This document shows, piece by piece, positions 44,501 to 50,803 of a stretch of 50,803 nt of DNA. This DNA is from a virus (Duplodnaviria > Caudoviricetes). Within the stretch, counting starts at the first letter, position 1. Every line of letters starts with the position of its first letter. A program made the translations under genes and the position numbers. The stretch lies in the IMG/VR virus record IMGVR_UViG_3300025127_000062, positions 1 to 50,803 of that record; one strand, 5' to 3'. The notes under the pieces were generated by a model, which saw only the letters and a list, made by a program, of their open reading frames with translations, ran no database searches and was not told the DNA's origin.

Positions 44501-46496
44501 TATACTTACCTACTGTTTCATACAGATTTTTAGCTAAAAAATTCATCATATCTGCCATTTTATTATAAAGGTCAGGATCAGTATTTTTTAACGTATTCCA
44601 AAACTCTGGTTGAGTAACTGCATACTCTACAACAAAAGCAGGGATTTCGGAACTAAGAACTTCTCTTATAGAATAACCCCGTGAACGACCCTCTCTTATA
44701 AGACCTTTTGCAGTTCTTAAAGCTTTGATTCTAGAACCGCTTGCATTTGCAGCAGCTTGGTATAGTTTTAGATAAGCATCAGTATCGATTTCTTCTAAAT
44801 GATGCACCATTTCGTGCATGAGAAGACGAAACACAGCAACAAACGCTCGTTCATCGCGTGTGTTAGCCACACCCGCTTCGTCAAACATAGTTCTAAGTTG
44901 TGCTTCAGAAAGAGCAACTAGCTTACCTTTGGCATCACGCTTTCTTAAATTAAAGTCTTCTCTTATAATCCGTGAAAAAACAAAGAAAGGCTCGTTCATG
45001 TAAGTTATAAGCTCCTTTTTGTTTCCTAAAATGTAGGCATACATTTGCTCTCTCTTTTTTGGATCAAGGCTTGTTTCAGAAACTTGCTTTACTGTAATAA
45101 CGCCTTCTTTACCAAAAAAGATTTGATCAACAACTTTTTGTGCATCTTGTAGAATTAAACCAAAATTTTCTCCCACCATCTGATTTATCTCTGCAACCTT
45201 CATATCAAACACTTCTTGATTAAGTTGTTTCTGTATTGGAAGAATATCAGGATCAAGAAAGTCTTGTTGAGCCTCTAACGCATCATTAACAAGTTCATAC
45301 AACTTATCTCCATAAACCTTTGCAGCGTCAGGTATGAAGCCAACACCTGGAACAATAGACTTAATCTTAGGATGAACTTGAGTGAAATCTGTTATCACAT
45401 AACCATTTTCTTTTAGAAGAGCTGCGTCTCTAGGCGTAATCCTTTCAGCGTTCAATCCATTAAGAACTAGCTCAGTCAATCTAGCTGCTTGTCTACGTTG
45501 AACACCAAGTAGTCTAGAAACGCTTGATTTCTTAGCTCTGTCAGCTAACTTACGAGCTGCTTTGACCGACAATGCTCTTGCTTCTAAATGCTTCTGGTGC
45601 ATAAATAAGATGCCCTTAGCTTTCTCAAACTGTTCACGAGTTATAGGAGTAGTGCTACGCCCTTCAGCCCAATCACGAAGTTCTGGATTTTCTTCAAACA
45701 GCCGCTTAATAACAAAGTTTTCACTGTCTAAAGCAGTGCTTAGAGCAGTGCGCTGATCATCAGCCTCAAAAGCTCTATTAAACAAATCCATCTGATTAAC
45801 AATGTGATTGCTTCTACCTGCATTTTTAAAGGCTGAATACCCGTGAATACCACCAAAAAGCCCTGCAGCCCCAACATTAAAACCTACAGACATCTTTAGA
45901 TGATCAAGAGTATACTCCTGAACACCCAGATCGTTCATCATAAGCGCGTAAGGAACTTCATACGCTGCATTAACAGCCAAAACATTTTTAAAAGTAGATG
46001 CAGCTTGATGGTAAGAAGCTGCTACTCTATTTCCTGCTAGTTGATGTAACTTAGAAAGCTTTGCTCCCTTACTAGGAAGAGTAATCGGAGCAAGAGCCAA
46101 AGGGTCTGTCAACATACCTCCTGCAAACCCTGACCCTAGATTTCTAATAGTTCTGTCCTGCCCAGACATATACTCATTATTTAACGCACCTATAGCTGCC
46201 TGATGGATGCGATGCTCTAACTGAGGCATAGTTTCAGTAGAGTTAAATTCTAAACCAAGTCGAGGAGCATGTGAATTATTATAGTCCTCTTCTGTAACTG
46301 GATCTCCAACACCTTTTAGAGAGTTCTTAATAATCCAGTTAGACAAGGTCATTGTCATGTTATTATGAAACCCATTGCTAAAGGCAGCTTGCATTCCTTT
46401 CCAAGCCCCATAGTCGGTCATACTATGTAGGTTGTTTGCTTGCTCAAAGCTTTTAATCTCTGAGTAACGAGCATTATTCGCTGGAGCTAATATCAT
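41589..46496 (-). CDS. Large internal virion/ejection protein, allele B
   Basis: 1635 aa, collinear homologue of 340..5328 (EVPYA.M.NDLGV..YT, GETAR.ALQYSSFM, VYRRFLYGY); HEMVH at 44802-44816. Confidence 0.78.
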   Translation of the reverse strand: MILAPANNARYSEIKSFEQANNLHSMTDYGAWKGMQAAFSNGFHNNMTMTLSNWIIKNSLKGVGDPVTEEDYNNSHAPRLGLEFNSTETMPQLEHRIHQAAIGALNNEYMSGQDRTIRNLGSGFAGGMLTDPLALAPITLPSKGAKLSKLHQLAGNRVAASYHQAASTFKNVLAVNAAYEVPYALMMNDLGVQEYTLDHLKMSVGFNVGAAGLFGGIHGYSAFKNAGRSNHIVNQMDLFNRAFEADDQRTALSTALDSENFVIKRLFEENPELRDWAEGRSTTPITREQFEKAKGILFMHQKHLEARALSVKAARKLADRAKKSSVSRLLGVQRRQAARLTELVLNGLNAERITPRDAALLKENGYVITDFTQVHPKIKSIVPGVGFIPDAAKVYGDKLYELVNDALEAQQDFLDPDILPIQKQLNQEVFDMKVAEINQMVGENFGLILQDAQKVVDQIFFGKEGVITVKQVSETSLDPKKREQMYAYILGNKKELITYMNEPFFVFSRIIREDFNLRKRDAKGKLVALSEAQLRTMFDEAGVANTRDERAFVAVFRLLMHEMVHHLEEIDTDAYLKLYQAAANASGSRIKALRTAKGLIREGRSRGYSIREVLSSEIPAFVVEYAVTQPEFWNTLKNTDPDLYNKMADMMNFLAKNLYETVGKYNNTRINAVIKKTQDGGKLASEVSRVLTEIRNSSTTQAKLKDAIDNANFTSSLERFMDADDAQLNALEVNDQRAFSLLETNAKDQDYRMSDPIGFFDRAVADLLGGDETAISSLLQLSTLRAKEMPPAINTYVEGMQEKGHTWMTQELAQDIVVTLQASRKRGRDISKIVLSSKDFASVRDKLAGLADRGLPLEAAQRIGYILLDETGGSAKQISRITRFLEEESHAQILRKIHDAITVEALTNTINSQKSGQARVDQLKTFMDGSRRKTVTIGPSLQSYKTVQKQLDQNPLLDYLVENDLLNIFFGEDPSHYMSSYVNNTIGNKDLAALYGRELKQASILMHRDIMTALSTGELPKQWQGVKVWEGLIDVIRKTNKSQLGQMNRLGLSIRDREGFLGYSMTYDRAYVKSMGFDAFQARMLEMIDMRATAKAHGGLMAERPDAKTSKLKDAGRHKKFNKNTFLRGLYNEIVEGDFVKDPDQTNPSMLGGYRKAAKVVFKPEYRIDALIEFGNRKNMGRFMFEQIAQRAESIALVRHVGHDANGILTGLIDPRATVASRLTAKGTIDQVTGLLDTPIDANLNSIFKNVRQVQNIAMLGGAGFSSLSDIPLVWSTLQFLGVGSEGMAAYFSRYQDAISTQFGGNKKEMAQWFRAQGAAFDLVTRSMAQRVVTDDSGVGGKINTANDFMFEINFLNRLTAAHQQLFIDMLTSGLATELSKGKNMNPVTRERLNEFGFTNREITQLAKSIEKTPDGIERIGPSTVKNASLQKKLSAFMNQYMREGVIEPDVGAQAMSRLGLQAGTMGGETARLALQYSSFMIAMGRVVYRRFLYGYNGDKKGAAFRNAHLYTYLGMALAASYLATVLKDLSRFKEPMNPLDMTEQEWMRIVRQSGLLSYYEPFFNAAQFGTDAAFGPAVGTATDIASLDFGDAVEPYTGQFLPLVGPVIKQAAHVAHETIFNFVGEETARAAEAD

Positions 46497-49207
46497 AATT
46501 CGTCTTCGTCTTCAAACATAGGTTGGAAAGTTCGACGAGCTTTCAAACCTTCCCGTTCTGCAAGAATATCAAGAAAAGTAGCTATCATTATACCTTCATC
46601 ACGAATACCAAAAGCAGCGGCTTCTTCAAAACCAAGCGTAGTCGCAACTGGAGAAGTAGTTCTACGCACATACTCATCTAACAGTCCTTGAACTTCTTTT
46701 AAGTTTACTTGAATATTCTTACCTTTATTATCTGTAAGACGCGCAGCATCCCGAAGTCCTAACATAGCTTCAAGAGCAACAACCTGTTCAATGCCTTTTC
46801 CGTCTGCAGTTCTTTGCCACGTAGGATGACCAATCCTAGCAGTAGGTCTATCTTGATTGCCTTCTTTACGAGTATTATTTAAAACGCCCCTAGCCAGTGC
46901 ACCCATAAAAGCTCTCTTTTCATTAAAAAGCTGCTGTTCTGTTTTTTCAGGTGGTTCTACATTTGCTACTGGGTAAGAAGAAAATCCTGCTCCTAAGTAA
47001 ATTTCACCCTCTAAGTCCCCATAGTTAGCAATTATCCCTTTTAAATCTGAAGCCCTGTCTATATCAAAGTTGTAAGCACTAAGAACAGCTACAGCCGTTG
47101 CATAGGCATCTACGGCTTCTTGTCCACTCAAAGAGTTATTAAAGCTTTTTTTAATAAAACGCAGTGCACGTTCAAAATAGCCGTAGTCATCTAAAGTAGG
47201 GTCTACATACTTTTCAGCAACAACAGGAGGAACCGAAACATTGGCTGAACTGTTAGTAGTTCCAGTATAACCAAACAAAGGATTTAAATATGTTTTTTCC
47301 TGTAGCTTAACATGCTCTAAAACTGAGTCATAGTCTTTCTCATCGGAATCTACAATTAGACCTAAAGTAAATAGATTTAAAGCAGCAGAAAAATTTGGAT
47401 CTGCACTTAATTTAACACCTTCAGCAGCGACTGTTAACGAAGTTGCACGTTCATCTGTCATCCGTTTAAGTATTTCCCTATCTTCTGAAGTAGCTTGCTC
47501 AGAAAGCTGAAGTGCTAAAGCACCATACTCTAGTGCATTAAAGTTAACAGCTTCACCTGCCTGTGCTCTGTTTATAAGACTTGTGTTTGCCCAGAGCAGT
47601 TGATAATACGCTTGTTCTCGGACACTAGCGCGACCTTGATTAATCTGTGAAGCAGCATACACATTAGTGCTAAATGTAGTGTTCTGATTAACTTCATTAT
47701 TCATTCTCTCGACTAACGCATCTTTTTCAAAAACCTCTGGAAGAGGGTCTTTCAAAGGGATGTGCACTACAGAAGGAATAGAAAGCCCAAATATTGTTGG
47801 ACGCTGTTTTCTAAGTTTAGCATATCTTTGTTCAAGCTGTGCTCTTGCTAGCTCACTACCTCCTTGAGCTTTGTCATAAAGCATCTTATCTGCAAAAGAA
47901 AGCCTACGAATAAAGCTAGCATTACCATCTCTGATTTCATTTGTAATGTCGGTCTTTGTAGTAGAAAGCCAGTCCCGTAACTTACTAAGCGCAGAAGAGT
48001 CTAAGTCAAAGTTGCTAGCGTCTCCTGCTACTTCATTAAAAGCATCCATGACGCTAACATCCTCTGGCAAGAGAAGAAGCTGTTCGACCATTAAGTCAGC
48101 CTCAGTCGGCTCATTTATTAAAACTCTAACATCTCCATTCTCTAAAGTTTCAGTCTTTGGTGCAAACAAAGTAGTAAGACCTGCCATAGCTTTAAGCCTT
48201 TTAAGCTTAGCGTTGTCCTTAGGAAGCACTTTCTCTGCCTCAGTCAACAACTCTTGAGCAAGAACTTGCTTTTCAAGAGCCTCTGTAGGATTTTTTGAAG
48301 ACGTAGAAATAAAAGCTTCGGTATCTACAACCAACGTAGATATCTGCTCTTCAAACTCATCTATTAGACCCGAAATATTGCCAGCAGCTTCAATGGCTTT
48401 TTTATACTCGTCGTCAATTTTGCCCATATCGCTAACATCAAACTTCATATAAGTATTATTCTGTATGAAGTCTCTAGCGAGTTCTCTTTTTTGTTTTAGA
48501 AGTTCGGGATCTTTTGTATTTTCAAGGTCTTCAACAATGAAACCTAGCATTATACCGCGATTCCCCTTAACATACGTATCTGCACCTGTTTGAGTTAGCC
48601 CTTCAGAAATACCTCTAATCCCGTTCTCTTCGTCAATAATGTGAGGATTGTATAAAATACTTTGGAACCCCTCAATAGGAGCACCTTGCGGGTTCATATT
48701 TATAGTTCTTACAGCTTGGAGCTGATACTCATCAGATTTTTTATTAGCATCTGAAATAAGAATTGCCTGATCTTGTTTAGACTCAAGCCCTGCATAAAAC
48801 GAAGCATTAGCCTTTTTAAAAGCACTATCATAAAAAGCTATTGCCTCCTCATCGTCTAAAACGCCTCCTGCGTTTTCACTTTGAAAGGATGGCAAAGGTC
48901 TACTAGAAATTGCTTCTAGCTCTTTACGAGCATTTTTTATAGCCTCAGTATCACTACCAGCTAAAGCATCATTATAAACTTGACGTTTTTCTGCAAGCTC
49001 TACTGATCGGTTTGCATCAGCGTCTCTAGCTAAGTTCTTCTGAGCTTTTTTATGCTTATCTTTAAGAGATGTGGCAAAAGTAGCAGCTGTTCGACTAACG
49101 CTGCTCAACGCATCGCTTACACCCTCCAATCCGCTTGTAAAACGAGAGTTTGTGTCAAAGGCAGAGAACTCAGCCTTTCTTTGTTTTGGTGTGAGTGGAA
49201 TTGCCAT
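46493..49207 (-). CDS. Internal virion/ejection protein (gp15-like position), allele B
   Basis: 904 aa; weak collinear similarity to 5330..8128 (FSAFDT, LLDE.VRR.T). Confidence 0.65.
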   Translation of the reverse strand: MAIPLTPKQRKAEFSAFDTNSRFTSGLEGVSDALSSVSRTAATFATSLKDKHKKAQKNLARDADANRSVELAEKRQVYNDALAGSDTEAIKNARKELEAISSRPLPSFQSENAGGVLDDEEAIAFYDSAFKKANASFYAGLESKQDQAILISDANKKSDEYQLQAVRTINMNPQGAPIEGFQSILYNPHIIDEENGIRGISEGLTQTGADTYVKGNRGIMLGFIVEDLENTKDPELLKQKRELARDFIQNNTYMKFDVSDMGKIDDEYKKAIEAAGNISGLIDEFEEQISTLVVDTEAFISTSSKNPTEALEKQVLAQELLTEAEKVLPKDNAKLKRLKAMAGLTTLFAPKTETLENGDVRVLINEPTEADLMVEQLLLLPEDVSVMDAFNEVAGDASNFDLDSSALSKLRDWLSTTKTDITNEIRDGNASFIRRLSFADKMLYDKAQGGSELARAQLEQRYAKLRKQRPTIFGLSIPSVVHIPLKDPLPEVFEKDALVERMNNEVNQNTTFSTNVYAASQINQGRASVREQAYYQLLWANTSLINRAQAGEAVNFNALEYGALALQLSEQATSEDREILKRMTDERATSLTVAAEGVKLSADPNFSAALNLFTLGLIVDSDEKDYDSVLEHVKLQEKTYLNPLFGYTGTTNSSANVSVPPVVAEKYVDPTLDDYGYFERALRFIKKSFNNSLSGQEAVDAYATAVAVLSAYNFDIDRASDLKGIIANYGDLEGEIYLGAGFSSYPVANVEPPEKTEQQLFNEKRAFMGALARGVLNNTRKEGNQDRPTARIGHPTWQRTADGKGIEQVVALEAMLGLRDAARLTDNKGKNIQVNLKEVQGLLDEYVRRTTSPVATTLGFEEAAAFGIRDEGIMIATFLDILAEREGLKARRTFQPMFEDEDEL

Positions 49208-49209
49208 GA

Positions 49210-49848
49210 TTATGTAAAGGTTCTTTTAACAGCACCTGCAAAGTCGTTTTCAGCGGCAAAAGCAGCGGTAGAGGCAATGCCACTAAGTGCACCAGTCACG
49301 GCTTGAGTCCTATAAGCAGATGCTTGGTTTCTAAACTGAACAGCGTTATTAGCTGCAGTGCGGAGAGTAAGATCACGGTCAGCCATGCCCCTTTGATACG
49401 CATATCCTAGCTGACGATTTGCGTCTGTAATTGAAGACGAAAGAGCTGCTGTTTCCTGAGAAACTCCAAAATCAAAAGAAGCAAGCCTGTCATAAGCTGC
49501 GTTCTCTTCAGCTGCAAAAACAGAAGAAAAAGTTCCTCCAAAAGTTGGAGCTTTTAATTTTGACTGTGCCAGCTTACCAGCAAGTTCTGTTTTAAGAGCT
49601 TTACGATCTGCTTCAGATCTTGCTAAAAGTTGATTCTTTTTAAGTTCTTCAGCCCTTTGTGCAAAACGTATATCGTTTTGCTCTGCGACCATGTTGTTAA
49701 CCGCGATCTGTGCATTATATCTGCCTTGTTGCTCAGCAGCAGTTGCAGCATACTCCGCTGCTTTGGCTTGTCGTTGTGCACCAACATAAGCAGTAGCTGT
49801 GGAAGCTACTGAAGATACTACGGCTGCAATTGTTAACGGATCTGCCAT
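49210..49848 (-). CDS. Small internal virion protein (gp14-like), allele B
   Basis: 212 aa; G.YNAQI.VNN, RDLTL..AAN.A.QFRNQA shared with 8128..8736. Confidence 0.72.
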   Translation of the reverse strand: MADPLTIAAVVSSVASTATAYVGAQRQAKAAEYAATAAEQQGRYNAQIAVNNMVAEQNDIRFAQRAEELKKNQLLARSEADRKALKTELAGKLAQSKLKAPTFGGTFSSVFAAEENAAYDRLASFDFGVSQETAALSSSITDANRQLGYAYQRGMADRDLTLRTAANNAVQFRNQASAYRTQAVTGALSGIASTAAFAAENDFAGAVKRTFT

Positions 49849-49849
49849 T

Positions 49850-50803
49850 TTAGTTTAAGTCAGTCTTAGTGGTTAATGATGCAATCGTCAAGGGGTATGG
49901 TTCTTCATGCTTAATAGTGGGAACATTGTCTACACCATAAGTAGACCCAGAAACAGGGCGTTCTTTATCAAACCCTGTAAAACCTCCATCAGCACCATAT
50001 TGTTCAGAAACAGTAATAGTCTCAAAAGAAGATTTTACCCCAAGTCTATATGACCATGAGTTAATAAGGAATGGCTTTACAGAAATAACACGAGCCGTGC
50101 TAGAGCCGTATGCAGGTTTATTTGAACCATCCCACGTTGGAAACATCATCTGCAACTCTCCAGTATAGCGAAGCCCTACAAAAACACGTTGAGCAGTAGA
50201 TGGGTTATTAAGAGTTACATTATCGCTCGTAAGTGTTTGCTCTCCTATGTAAACATCATCTTCAATGACAGCGACAGTATCTCCTGCTCCAAAGCGAGGG
50301 CTAACATCAGTGCTAATTGAACCATCTATGGGTTTTACTAACTCTAAGTAACTATCTAACATAGGATAGCTTGTAAGCTGAATAGGATCCGTCTCAGCCA
50401 GAGCTTCAAAATAAGTCTCATTGTCGCGGTCAGCAACAATCCACACTTGATCTAGCCCTGTAGCACTTCCCCTGTGCATAACGCTTATGTCTAAAACTTT
50501 CGTATTACTTCCTAAATCTTGTTCTGACCAAGCATAGAACTCCTCTTGTCTATGATAAGATAAACAATACAACTTACCAGAAACTGTCCTTGCCCAGATA
50601 CGAGGCTGAGGCGTGTGTTGATATGCAATCTGTTCGATAGAATCCTCTAAGAAAATAGGATAGATTAACTTAGTAACGTCATTAGAAGATGAGTTATTTA
50701 TAGACTGATCATACTTATACTCAAGAAGCCGAGTTCCTGATTGATCAGGATAAAATATAGAGCTGCCTATTGTTTCTCCTTGTCTATCGCAAGGTTCTTC
50801 TTC
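49850..50803 (-). CDS. Tail tubular protein B, allele B, 5'-truncated by window edge
   Basis: Frame open to the edge (EEEPCDRQGETIGSSIFYPDQSGTRL...); C-terminus PTIKHEEPYPLTIASLTTKTDLN identical to allele A. Confidence 0.88.
   Translation of the reverse strand, partial: EEEPCDRQGETIGSSIFYPDQSGTRLLEYKYDQSINNSSSNDVTKLIYPIFLEDSIEQIAYQHTPQPRIWARTVSGKLYCLSYHRQEEFYAWSEQDLGSNTKVLDISVMHRGSATGLDQVWIVADRDNETYFEALAETDPIQLTSYPMLDSYLELVKPIDGSISTDVSPRFGAGDTVAVIEDDVYIGEQTLTSDNVTLNNPSTAQRVFVGLRYTGELQMMFPTWDGSNKPAYGSSTARVISVKPFLINSWSYRLGVKSSFETITVSEQYGADGGFTGFDKERPVSGSTYGVDNVPTIKHEEPYPLTIASLTTKTDLN

Noticed and set aside
41251-50803. Genuine long terminal repeat or invertible cassette
   Set aside because: Copies are too divergent for a terminal repeat, lie in direct orientation, no recombinase is present, and the 127-nt exact overlap suggests an assembly branch.

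Overview
The window holds an apparently complete ~41,250-bp genome (1-41250) of a short-tailed dsDNA phage with a T7/BPP-1-like virion and no recognisable RNA polymerase or integrase. The minus-strand arm encodes terminase, portal, scaffold, capsid, tail tubes A/B, three ejection proteins, and fibre, holin-like and small basic genes. The plus-strand arm encodes early genes, PolA, SSB, an AEP primase, UvrD and SNF2 helicases, a VRR-NUC nuclease, a lysozyme and a phosphoesterase. From 41251 the sequence restarts: exactly 127 nt match the window start, then a strongly divergent second allele of the ejection cassette follows. This most likely reflects a k=127 assembly path through two co-occurring strains. 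The best candidate for a new system is a phage-borne ubiquitin-like conjugation operon (Ubl, E2-like, unknown, E1/ThiF, JAB; 23406-26876) with intact catalytic motifs and an atypical -SKA Ubl end. It is flanked by a predicted antisense sRNA, a structured 3' leader with terminator, and a ~180-nt candidate ncRNA. Other notable items are a 252-bp co-centred dyad of TCACAC repeats, an unannotated 32-aa CDGSH Fe-S peptide, and a capsid-gene leader with a triplicated RNA motif. All calls come from motif reading and synteny by eye; no searches were run.
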